From NCBI RefSeq assembly GCF_009914755.1, contig NC_060936.1: a stretch of 64,000 bases of DNA, one strand, 5' to 3'. Of this stretch, positions 42,440 to 55,466 are shown one piece after another. The notes under the pieces were generated by a model that saw only the letters and a program-made list of their open reading frames with translations, had not been told where the DNA came from and searched no databases. Made by a program: the position numbers and the translations under genes. Source of the DNA: the human T2T-CHM13v2.0 reference genome, Homo sapiens. Each line of letters starts with the position of its first letter. The stretch's first letter is position 1.

Positions 42440-43100
42440 CATTTGTTTTTGATTGATATATAACAAATTACCACACAGTTGGCAGTTTTACAACATATAC
42501 TTGTTACCTCACAGTTCCCACGAGTTGGGAGTCAGGGCACGTTTAATTAAGTCCTCTGCTCAGGGTCTCACAGGCAATGCAGTGTAGATGTTGGCCAGAC
42601 CACCCATCTTTCGAGAGCTGAGGTTCCTCTTCCAAGCTCTCTCTTACGGTGTTGGCACAATTATTTGTGGTTGTAGGGTACAGGTTACTGCTTTCCTTCT
42701 GGCTTTCAGCTATGACTCCTCTAAGCTTCGGGAGGCCTCTGCATGCATTTACCACGTGTCACTCTTGTACACCCTCCCGAAACATGGAAGCTGAATTCTT
42801 TAAAGGCAACAGGAGTTATCTCTCTCTTCAGGAAAGGCCTCAACCCTCTTTCATGGACTTACATCTGATTAAGCCAGACCTACTTGGGATAATCTTTCTT
42901 TAGATTAACTCAAAATCAACAGATGGGGACTCTTCTTTTGTTTTCAAAATCCCGTCATCTTGCTGTCTAATATAACCTAATCATGCAAGTGATATTTCGT
43001 CATATTCACAGGTCTTACCCATAGTTATGAAGAAATTACACAGGTCATGTGCACCAGAGGCTGGACCTATGGGGTCATTTTGGAATTCTGTCTACCGCAA
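42440..43100 (-). mobile_element. MaLR LTR (MLT1E/F-like)
   Basis: taacaaattaccacac...cctctgctcagggtctcac...gaattctgtctaccgca. Confidence 0.7.
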
Positions 43101-44776
43101 TTCCTAACAAAGCTAGCAAAAACTTCTTAATATCCTCTAATAGTCAGCATTAAAATGTCTTTTTTTCTTTTCATTTGATTTCTTAGAATTATAATCAAAG
43201 ACTTTAATTGCATTTGGTTAATATGCCTCTTGAGTCTTAATTTATAGACACTTGTCCCCTCCTTTTAATTTTTTTTTTTTTTGCCCTTTATTTGTCAAAA
43301 GGTAGGTCATGGTTGGGCACAATTTCTCATATTCTGAATTTTCCTTTTCATATCTTCCTGGTGTCATTTAACTCTACAAAGATATTTTAGAAACTAAGTG
43401 TATATAAGGTGCTTAGAAACCTGCCTGGCCCACGACAATGGCTATATGTGTATGTTGTTATTATTATCTAAAGCTCTAATAGAGCAGTTGATATAAAGAG
43501 TTGCTCAATAAATGTTTTTCTCAATTTTCATCCTGTATTTCTTCTTCTTTTAGAAGATGGGACTTAAATCTGAGTTACCTACAATAACTCTTTTGGACAG
43601 TAAGTGTCCACATCTTGCATCTTCTGGTGTTTTACAATGCTACACTCATCATTTGGAGTATTTCCATTGTGTCTGGCAGCACTCCAGTGGTACTTCATTG
43701 ACCAGTCTGTCAATATCTACATAATAAAATTATTTCATCCAAGTGGCACATTCTCACTAGTAATAGTTAATAAATATCCCCTCTCAAATCATAACTTGGG
43801 AGGTATATGAGAGGTCATTTTATACCTTTTAGCAAACAACTATGTATTTGTACAACTGAAATTACAATTTAGTTATCCTGAATCTTTTCAATTTTTTTTA
43901 AATTACAATTTTTCAGCATTGGCCACTCTTGCCCTGATACAGCATGTATTAATGAGTTAAGAATATATATGAAGTTTCATGAATCTAAATTTAGGTCATA
44001 ATAACCTTCTTCAAATTATACTTGCTCAGGTTACTTTTTTAATCTTAGCTGGACATATAGTTTAATTTCTAAAAGTAATTTTTAAATAAAATTTTAGGGT
44101 CATAGTTGACAGACTAAAATATTAATGAAAATATGACATGTTTTAACTTAAAAATATTTAATCCAGCCATTCAACATTCAACAATAAGCATTTATTATAT
44201 ACAAAATACTAAATGATAAGAGAGTCAAAGATGAATATGACAGTCCCACCTCACAAACCTTCCAATCAGGTGGAGGATATGGAGATTTTTACAAGTGAAT
44301 AGGATGTAAACCATTTGTCCTTTGCTTTAGCAAATGTATCAATTATGATATCTATGTGTTGAGTCTTACAGATAGCAGAAATTGACGGTTCAAGGCTTCC
44401 TTTTTGAGGTGGAAATATAACTGTATATTAAAGAAAAAGTTAGCGGGTAAAGAAGGAAGAGGAGGCTATTCAAGACTAAGGGAACAGTATGAACGAAAAG
44501 CACAGGAGAATAAGTACCCAATGCATCAGTAATAGTAAGTAATCTCACAGACATGAAGTGCAGGTTGTAAAGACAATCTTGAAATGTCAAAGGAATTAGA
44601 ACCAGATAGTGGAGGAAATTAAATAATAAGCTTTTACTTTTTCAGTTGGTAATTAACTGTCAAAAATGTTATAATTTGCTTCCTCTGATTATGGGGATCA
44701 GAATTCACAGGCTTTGTTCTCCCCTAATCCATCATCCAAAACCCTGCCCGACTCCTGGAAATACACAGGTTAGTAA

Positions 44777-45102
<326 letters not shown>

Positions 45103-45239
45103 CTGAACTCCTTTTTATTGACCAAAAAAAAAAAAATGAGTTGGAAAAATCTATTTTCCAAGTAGTCACATTTGATAATATTTCTATCTTCCCTGTTGGC
45201 TGTAAAGTTTAATTAATTTTCCCCTATGTTTTCCTTTAG

Positions 45240-45388
45240 GACACAATTACTTGTGCCCAAATGACTGGCTGTTGAACGAAGGGAAATGTTACTGGTTTTC
45301 AACTTCTTTTAAAACGTGGAAAGAGAGTCAACGTGATTGTACACAGCTACAGGCACATTTACTGGTGATTCAAAATTTGGATGAGCTG
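45240..45388 (+). CDS. KLRF2: KLRF2 exon 4 (GHNYLCPNDWLLNEGKCYWFS...IQNLDEL)
   Basis: ctttag|GA acceptor; CTG|gtgag donor; overlaps ORF 45251..45436. Confidence 0.97.
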
Positions 45389-45648
45389 GTGAGAAATCAA
45401 AAACAGGATCTAACTGCACAAGGAAAAATGGCTTAGGTGCAAGTTCACTGCCTAAGAAGCTTGGGAGGTTTATTGTCGTTGCTTCTGAACATGTGTTAGC
45501 CACAATGTAGTCACTATTGTTCATGAAAAAAATGCTAATATATATGAAAAAATATATTTTATTAATGCCGGCACAGAGACTTACACTATAGAAGGCATCA
45601 AAATTTTTTTAAACAAATGAATGAATAAATGCACTATTTCTTCTGCAG

Positions 45649-45761
45649 GAGTTCATACAGAACAGTTTAAAAACTGGACATTTTGGTTGGATTGGACTAT
45701 ATGTTACATTCCAAGGGAACCTATGGATGTGGATAGATGAACACTTTTTAGTTCCAGAATT
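45649..45761 (+). CDS. KLRF2: KLRF2 exon 5 (EFIQNSLKTGHFGWIGLYVTFQGNLWMWIDEHFLVPEL)
   Basis: ctgcag|GAG acceptor; TT|gtgagt donor; WIGL motif. Confidence 0.97.
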
Positions 45762-46231
45762 GTGAGTAGTTATTTGTAAGGGAGGGGTGCTAATGTTTAT
45801 AGAATTATTTTTATATTAAACTTCTTCACTTTCCATTCTTTTTTCCTTCTTTCTCTGTTTTCCCTTATCTTTACATTTTTTTCTACTTTTTCCCTTTTAG
45901 CTCTCTCTTTTCTTTCCTTCCTCCCTCCCTTTTTTTTCTTTGCTTCCTCTCTTCTTTAACATTCACTAATTTTGAAAAATGGGATGGAAAGTATTCATTT
46001 TGTCACCTGGCAGTTTAATTGTCCAAAATTCATAATAATTTTTAAATTTCTAAGCTGATTTAAATCTCATTTGAAATAATTTTATGCAAATACTTCTCAT
46101 GTGGTAAAAGCAAAGACAAAATTCACCTATAAATAAAAGCTGGAATGTGTAGAAAGGTCTGGAGTTGAAATCAGAAAACATGAATTTAAAAACTTTGCCC
46201 TTCAGAAATTCAACTAAACTTGTTGATATCC

Positions 46232-46700
46232 ATTTCTTTTTCTTTTCTTCTCTTTCTTTTTCTTTGTTTCTTTCTCTTTCTCTTTTTTCTTTCTCTTTCT
46301 CTCTTCTTCTTTCTCTTTCTCTCTTTTTCTTTTTCTTTCTTTTCTTTCTCTCTCTCTCTCTCTCTCTCTCTCCCTCCCTTCCTTCTTTGTTTCTTTCTTT
46401 CTTTCTTTCTTTTTTTTTCAGCAGAGCCTTGCTCTGTGGCTCAGGCTGGAGTGCAGTGGCATGATCGTGGCTTACTGCAGATTTGACCTTCTGGGCTCAA
46501 GCAACTCTCCCACTTCAGCCTCAGAGTAGCTAGGACTACAGGTGTGGTGCCATCACACCTGGCTAATTTTTTGTATGCTTTGTAGAGACGGGGTTTTGCC
46601 ATGTTGCCCATGCTGGTCTCCAACTCCTGAGCTCAAACTATCACCCACCTCAGCCTCCCAAACTGCTGAGATTACAGGTGTGAGCCACCACTCCCAGCCT
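46232..46700 (-). mobile_element. AluJ-like with an expanded (CT/CTTT)n tail at 46232-46418
   Basis: Long polypyrimidine tract followed by an antisense Alu body. Confidence 0.88.
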
Positions 46701-47906
46701 GATACCTGCTTCTTTATCTGTATAAAAAGATCCACGATACTTTCTTCACATTGTTCTTATGTGAACAACATGAGGTGTTGCATGTAAGAGTGCTTTCAAA
46801 TTCTGAAGGGTCACGTTTAGACATTTTCTTCTGTGCTTTCAGTTACTAGTCATACTACCAAAACACTTGAGATGTGGTAAGTCTGGAGCAAAGGCCATGG
46901 AGTCATAGTTCATTTCAGTTCAGATATTTATCTACTCCTGGATACATCTATTCTACATTTATTATCATCCTTCATGAGCATAAAACTAAAGGATGAAGTA
47001 GTATCCATTTCCTGGACCTGCTTTTAATGCAATATTTGAAAAAAAGTAAGATTTATTACTAATTTTTATTATAATTAATATTATTTTTTACTTTTTTGGA
47101 AACCAGCATTACTATAAAGGTAAAATATCACTTTTAAAAGCTTTTATCTTATCATTTAAGGAAAACAACACACATGCAGGTGGTTATAACAGTGTTCAGT
47201 CTGTATTTTCTTAAATAATCATTAGTAACTAGAAAGAATAGTTTACAAAATAGCTCTCTTCAAAGGCATTCCATTTATACATTGCGCATCATCCTAACCT
47301 TATACTGTGGAAGTTATATGAGGAATTTAAGAGTCATCTAATAGGTTTTACTTTGACTTAAACAAAATCTTGGGCGACTGCCTCCCAACTCACATCATTA
47401 TAGCATACCTATCACTATGTAGTTTCTATTGAAAACGTTCATTTTGGCATCTACTTACCTACAAAAAATTATTTATGCTGCTATGTGGAGAATTAATAGA
47501 TAGGAAACAAAACTGAAATTATGGAGGTCAGTTCGAAGGCTATGGCTAGAGATAAGGGAGAGATAATGGTAGCTTGAGTCTAAATTGAGAAGCTGGGAGA
47601 AGTGAATGGTTAGAAGAGATAATCTGGAAATAGAATACTCAGGTCTTGCAGGCGTAGATAATGAGAGGTTTGAGAGGTAAGGAAGAAGCTGGGATGTCTT
47701 CTAGTGTAGCTCAAGCTTGCATGGTGTTGTTACCAAGATAGGAAAGAGGAGAAGAGGCTGCATTAGCAATGAAAATTCCATTCTAAAACCTCTGCAAAAC
47801 TTTGGCTGCTGAAGAATTACCTATAAAAGTTTGGCTGGAGAAAACTTTAAAAGATACTATTATCATTTTAAGATAAATGCTGAAAAATCTGTCCTTTGTC
47901 TCTTAG

Positions 47907-48051
47907 GTTTTCAGTGATTGGACCAACTGATGACAGGAGCTGTGCCGTTATCACAGGAAACTGGGTGTATTCTGAAGACTGTAGCTCCACATTTAAGGGC
48001 ATTTGCCAGAGAGATGCGATCTTGACGCACAATGGAACCAGTGGTGTGTAA
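47907..48051 (+). CDS. KLRF2: KLRF2 exon 6 coding part (FSVIGPTDDRSCAVITGNWVYSEDCSSTFKGICQRDAILTHNGTSGV*)
   Basis: tcttag|G acceptor, phase 2; TAA at 48049-48051. Confidence 0.97.
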
Positions 48052-48281
48052 ATGTACAACCAAACATAGAAATACTTTGCATGTTAAAGCAGAGCTAGAT
48101 TTTAAAGACTTAAGATTTTTAGATAAAGTTTCTAACAGAAAGTTTCTGCTAACAGACATCATCTAAATAGGAGAAAAGTATTTTATCCTGAATTGACTAT
48201 AAAGACAACTTCTGAACAGAACTTTTACTCTATACTTGGATTTCTGGTTTGTCTTTTCCATGGCATTGACAAGAAAAGCTA

Positions 48282-48356
48282 AATAAAAAATTAGTAATTA
48301 TTTTAATAGTTATTTAATAGTTTGATTTTTTTGCATTTAAAATAGCATAGAATAAA
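48282..48356 (+). terminator. Candidate KLRF2 poly(A) signals, AATAAA at 48282 and 48351
   Basis: Hexamers 230-300 nt after the stop codon. Confidence 0.5.
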
Positions 48357-48499
48357 ACAACTTTAAAGGAATGTTATTTAGCTATATGTGCTATGTGGTA
48401 GATTGGAAGGAAAGAAGCAGTATATGTACAAATATAATATTTGAAGCATGGAATTCTGAATTTTTCATCTGTGTATTATAGCCTGAAGTGTTTGGTGGG

Positions 48500-48650
48500 G
48501 AGTGGGTAATGAGAAATTACCTACTGGGTATAATGTACAATATTTAGGTGATGGATAAACTAAAAGCTCAGACTTCTCCACTTTGTGATATATCCATGTA
48601 ACAAAATTATGCTTGTACCCTTTAAATGTATTCAAATAAAATAAAATAAA
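48500..48650 (+). mobile_element. L1 extreme 3' end (L1PB/MA-like)
   Basis: gagaaattacctactgggtataatgtac...ggtgatgg...aaagctcagacttc plus A-rich tail. Confidence 0.75.
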
Positions 48651-48955
48651 GTCATGTGGCCAAATATTCAAAACAAAAAAAAAAAGCAAATCCGTGCATG
48701 TAAATTAAGAATTGAAAGAAATATGTACGGATGTTAACACTGCCTATTCTTTTTCTTTAGTGAAATACAAATTTATTTCTTTTCCTATCCAAATATAAAA
48801 TTTTAATGTAATGCTTCTAAATGAAAAAACTACAATAACTTGTTTTTATTTTTAATACATGTCTTTATTCTTTAAAGCTTTATTGAGGTCAAATTGATAT
48901 ACAAAATATTGCACATACTTAATTTTTACTTTCTGGTGAGTTTGTGTACACTTGA

Positions 48956-49377
<422 letters not shown>

Positions 49378-49648
49378 TCTCAATTATTTTAAAGTGTGCA
49401 TTACTAAATTGTTAATAGTAGGTACTATGTTGTAGAAGAGATCTCTAGAACTTATTCACCTTGCGTAAATGAAACTTTCTGTGCTTTCAGCAGCAATTTC
49501 CCATTTCCCTTTCCCTCTACCCCCTGGAAACTAGCATGCTATTCTCTGTTTCTGTGGGTTTTATTTTTAACAGAAAAACACAAAACCCTATTTTTTCAGT
49601 ATATTAAAGATTAAATTTAATCTAATTCTGCCTCTTTTTCTGCGTATG

Positions 49649-50079
49649 TGATGCAGGATCTTTTGCTCCTTAGTTCAGCTGAAATCCAGGTTCTTGTCAC
49701 ACGACCAGGAAAAATTAGGCACGTGGACACATTGAAAAGTGAGGAGAGCAGAATTTATCAAAAGAAAACGCTCAGTATAAAAAAAAAAAAAGCCAGGGGA
49801 GACATCCTGCCAACAGTGCCACCTCACAGATTGAATACCAGGCGATCACACACACAAGCTGAAGAGGCCAGGCTCCTCCTGCCCGCATAAGCTTTGAATT
49901 CTCGGTGGCTCTACCCCATTCTCCCAATGTGCAAGCAGGCCCCCGGTCCATTGTGGGCATGACCAGACAAGGCCTTGGGTAGTTTCCCTCATCTGCACAA
50001 AAGCATCTGATGTAAACACTTTTGGGGTGGGTCAGAGATTCTCTGGGGATCTGCCCTTATCTGCCTACTGCATCTATCA
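49649..50079 (-). mobile_element. Solo ERV1 LTR (MER61/LTR27-like, family uncertain)
   Basis: TG...CA termini (TGATAGATGCAG...TGCATCA); flanks tatg / taca are compatible with a CpG-decayed TACG TSD. Confidence 0.7.
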
Positions 50080-50406
50080 TACACGTTTTCTATTCCTTGG
50101 ATTTTAACTCTTTCTAAGCATTTGGTGGAAAATAGACCAGGCACATGGCTATAGTTATGGCATTTCTTTCATGGCATTTCCTCCAAATTAAGTGTTCTCA
50201 ATTTTCATTAAAAAGAAATCAAACTTACAGCTGGCAATAAAGTACTAAAATGCTGTAAGCATAAAATGAGTATTTGAAGGAATTTGCCATGTGGCTTGTT
50301 TTTCATGTGATGCCATAGTTCATTCCCTTTTTATCAAACATAGTTAATCCAACTACTTTATTTTTCTAAATGAAATTCTATATAAAGTTTACTTTTCCTC
50401 TCATTT

Positions 50407-50820
50407 TGAAACCAGCCCAATTTCCTCATAGAACTGATATTCATGACTTTTTTGAATAAACATAGAAATTGACCCTCCTGGTCCTCAAAAGTGAAACTCA
50501 CATTTGTCTTATCTGAGATCCTTCCTCGGGAAACTGACCCTCAAGTGAGGAACAGAAACTCATCAGATCACCACATCCAATCATATGCCAGACCCCTCAT
50601 CCATTGCTTTCTTACTTCTTCCTAGTATTTTTTTCCTGCCTTCCCTGGTATGTAAACCCCAATTTTAGTTTGTCAAGGAGACAGGTGTGAAACTTTACCT
50701 CCCACTCTCCTTGACTACTGCACCCAATTGCCTTCTTTCCTGGCAAAACTCATCTCAGTGATTGGCATTCTGTGTGGTGAGCAGCAGGACCTAGACCAAA
50801 CCCCTGGCATGTTGGTAAGA
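50407..50820 (+). mobile_element. Solo LTR (LTR47-like)
   Basis: tgaaaccagcccaatttcctcatagaactgat...gagcagcaggacctagacc; family from recall. Confidence 0.65.
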
Positions 50821-50907
50821 ATTTATTTAAAACATTTCATAATAAATGGAACAGCTATGTCCACTATGTAAATGAGGCAATTAACTCCTTCAAGAAGTTT
50901 TCTGTAG

Positions 50908-50913
50908 TTTATT
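50908..50913 (-). terminator. Poly(A) signal AATAAA for the CLEC2A alternative terminal exon
   Basis: tttatt on the plus strand about 210 nt after the TAG at 51122. Confidence 0.65.
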
Positions 50914-51121
50914 CTACATTATCAAAATTTATAGCCTATTAACTGTGAATCAAAGATGGAAAGAGGAGGATGAATTGCTCTGAATTGATAAATTTACTCC
51001 CTCTAAAGAAGTACATCTAACTGCCGTTATATTAAGGATAAGGATGAAGACAGATTTAACTGCTTCCTGCTGACAGGGGACATTGTTTTGGGGAAACGGC
51101 AGTCAGAGCTCCCTCAGAGGC

Positions 51122-51194
51122 CTATCTAAGGGGTCCCAGCAGAAGAAGCCATTGTCGGAGGCTCCAGTTGCAAGACCATTTGGAGTTTGATGGC
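51122..51194 (-). CDS. CLEC2A: Alternative terminal coding exon of CLEC2A (KACL): (phase 2) PSNSKWSCNWSLRQWLLLLGPLR*
   Basis: Acceptor tttgtctgttcttgctttcag|G at 51195/51194; 1 nt + 23 codons + TAG; downstream AATAAA. The peptide matches my recall of the short CLEC2A isoform C-terminus. Upstream exons are not in the window. Confidence 0.78.
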
Positions 51195-51464
51195 CTGAAA
51201 GCAAGAACAGACAAACCGGATTATTAGAAAACATATATCAAAACGAAACAAAACAAGGGGAGGAGTAAGAATGGCTCGAAAATTCCAAGGCCTTTTATCA
51301 GTTTGCACAGGGAGAGGCAGGCGAAAAGCCCTACTAGTAAAAAAAAAAAAAAATTACCCTTTTGCAGGCATGTTGGGCTCCTGGGTTCCCTTCCCCTGAG
51401 CCCAATCCTAAAACTACTAGTTTAACGTTTGGGAAATTAACCTTTTCCACTTTAAAGGATGTAT

Positions 51465-51593
51465 CTGAGGGGAGTGTCCCATAGTACAGAGATACAATTA
51501 CCTAACTGAGAGGAGTATCTCATAGTATGGAGACACAATTACCTAACTGTGAGGAGTATCCCGTAGTATGGAGACACAATTACCTGACTGTGA
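51465..51593. repeat. 41-bp tandem repeat, about 3.1 copies
   Basis: Units start at 51465, 51506, 51547 and 51588: ctg(a/t)g(g/a)ggagt(g/a)tc(c/t)c(a/g)tagta..gaga.acaattacct.a. Confidence 0.9.
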
Positions 51594-54451
51594 AGAGAGA
51601 ACAGAGGAGAAGAAAGGAAAAAGAAGGCATTTTTAAAGGAGTCCCAGGGGTCCAGGATGCATTTGAAAGGGGCACAGACTGAAGTTGAATGGCTTGCCAT
51701 TGAGAAAGAGGGGAGCAGGTGTCCCTGACTCCCTTCTCTTCCTAGCAGATACCCAGGGTATGTGAGGGAGAGAGGGAAGAGCAACCTTTTTCCCTCTTCC
51801 ATCTTTGCATCCCTGAGTCCCGGTGACATTGGCAGGTCCTGCCAAGAGTGCCAAAGCGGCTTTCACCCCTGAAGCAGGGGAGGCTAGAGAATAGGAAATG
51901 TCCACTCTAACCTATGTCTCTTTCCCACCTACTGTCAGTAGCCTTGGAGTTCCCTAGACCTCATTTATGCCATGGATATCAATGTGGCCTTTATCCATGA
52001 ACCAGGAAGCTTGGGGTTGCCTTAATCAGCAGGAACCAGCCACACTCACCTGCATTCTGCCTCTTAACTTCCACTATCATCTGCCTCTGGATCCCTCAGA
52101 TCCAGTTTTCTTTCCTAGGGCTTTGACCTGAAGCTTGGAATTGAGTCTAGGACAAAAACATGTCTCAGAGGAGTTGCATGGACTCCTTATCATAAGTTAA
52201 ATGCTAAGGTGAAAGTGTGGAACTGAGTCCTCCTCCAATAAGGGAGAGGAAAGAATGTCTTGTGACATACCCAGCTAACTGGTGGCTACAGTTATGTTGC
52301 TAGGATTTGGGTGCATGCTGCTTGGCTTTGGTTAGCTCCCTTTGTCTTACTTTCCCACAAAAGAAACCTTCCGTTGATGGGCACCCTATTTATTCCCATC
52401 ACTTGGCAGGATTTGCAGGATAATTGCTCAAAACTATAACATTGATCCAGATTTTCACGTTACCCATCCCTCTTGTTCTTTCTGACCTGAAGCCAGACAT
52501 TGCTGGTTGCTTCACAAGAACATGCAGGATTAGTCTAAGATGTAAGCAAAAACTTCAAAACAACGAGTGATCTTAGAATTTAATAACAAATGTATAAGCT
52601 TTGAAATCTAGTTCTCTCTCTGCAGTCCTCATTTTTGTTAAAAAAAAAATCATCCTAAGACTGAGTTTTTTCCAAAATAGACTTTAGTTTTATGCTTGGC
52701 CTGATTGTTTGCATAAAGTGCAGCAAGAATAACTATTTCTACATAGGCTTTTTGGGTTGGCTTTGATGGAAATTTGTTCCACAAGGACTCTCAGATAAGA
52801 CCTTTTAAAGCCCAGCCCAGTCATGGGTTTGCATCCTCAAAACCCTGTGAGTTGGGTGATCCTCCCTTCTTAAGGTCCCAGGATAAACTTGGAGCTTCTA
52901 GACCTGTTAGAAAGTGACATTCTTTACTGACCACAGGTCAGGAACCCTGTACAGGGACTGAATAAACAAGGGTATGAGGCCAGTTTCCCCACTGGACTTT
53001 TATTGGCTCTGCAAGTCGAGATTGACTCCTTAAAGGCAAGCTTACCCTTCCAGTCAAAGTGTTGGTAAAATAAACACTTTCTCCAATTGTGTCCTGTTGC
53101 AAAAGAAAAATGGATTCTTATTGCACTGATGCAAACAACCATATTGCCATAAGTTAAGAACACTCACAGATAGTTTCCAAATTCTAGAGGAACCAGGCAG
53201 AGAGAAAAAAAAACATGCTCCAGGTCTTGATTACAGGAGTATACACCTTATTTAATTATTAAAGGCCGTAAATAATTCAAAATAATGTTGACTCTGCAAA
53301 ACAAAACAAGGATCAATAATATTCCAAGCAAAGGTTAAAAAGGTTGCTTCAGCTTTCTGAGTTCAGTTTATTTAGTTAACTCATGTTTTGCTTGACATTC
53401 GTGAACATTTCAGCTCTTCATGACCCCTGTACAGTTTTCTTTATTCCAATGTCACAATCTCTAAAGTTATCAGAGATCTGTATTTAAGAGCACTTGTCAA
53501 AGTTCTATAGCTTATTATAAACCATCTTTGAAAAGGATTAAAACAAGACAACAATTGTCTGTGAATAGCAAAATGTCCAGGGTAGTTACACTTAGAAACA
53601 CAATTGACAAAGAAGTTTGGTTATTTCCGTGGTTTACATTAACCTAACATAACAACTTTAATTATGAGTGATAGCATACACTCAGACATTAGAATTATAG
53701 AAATCCCATACAATTTTAGAGCATACATTAGCTTTATTCACCAAGATATAACCTAAAAAAGATTGAACAACATTTTGGCAATCCCATGTACCTAAACATG
53801 TCAAATAATCCTGTTTACTTCATTTTTCTGGACACTGTAGGGGCCCTCTGAAGTATTAGAAAAGCCAGGTGCCAGGGAAGCCTACTTGGAAACTGAATTT
53901 TGATTTTGGGAAGGCTGTCAAATATGTTCAAGATTTAAAACACTGATAATATGAAATAGAATTCCAGATTACCATAAATTATTTATTTTGCCAAAATGAT
54001 GACTCAGAAATTTTAAAGAAGCAAAAACCTTTTATAACCCTTTACAAATTTTGCCAAAGAGCAGATTAGCACCATAGGAAAACCTTGTTATGATTTTATT
54101 TCAATGCTCAATTTACAGAAAAATCATATAATATCCTTCTTGAATGTGGCCAATATGTTCACAAAGAGAACCTCTTCTGCAAAATTAATTTTCACAATTC
54201 TTCCACCACTTCCTTGAACCTTCAGCTTTTTCCTATTTTATCTCAAAACAATCCTTTATCCCGAGGCCAAAGTTTACATTTCCATGCCTTCTTATAACCT
54301 TTTGCAAACAAAAACACATTTTACTGTTCTTACATACCTTGCTTGTAAATCTATTTTCAGTAGTTTCCACTAATGCCTAGCAATTTTTAACTTTAAGGTA
54401 AAACCTGGTAAGTTACTTTAATTGAGTGCTAAGTGTAGCCAAGGTTTGCCA

Positions 54452-55381
<930 letters not shown>

Positions 55382-55466
55382 ATTTCCCTCTTTGTTTTTT
55401 TTTTTAATAATTCCTCCTCTTCAAATTTTTCTAACATAATTTGGCTTTGCTGTTCTTCTTGATCAC

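Noticed and set aside
45389-45436. ORF-track extension VRNQKQDLTAQGKMA after KLRF2 exon 4
   Set aside because: Read-through into intron 4 past a canonical GT donor; not part of the spliced CDS
46165-46787. Phe/Leu/Ser-rich transmembrane-like ORFs
   Set aside because: Translations of a CT microsatellite and an antisense Alu
51465-51593. Repeat array as CRISPR-like
   Set aside because: Units are head-to-tail with no unique spacers; primate DNA, no cas genes
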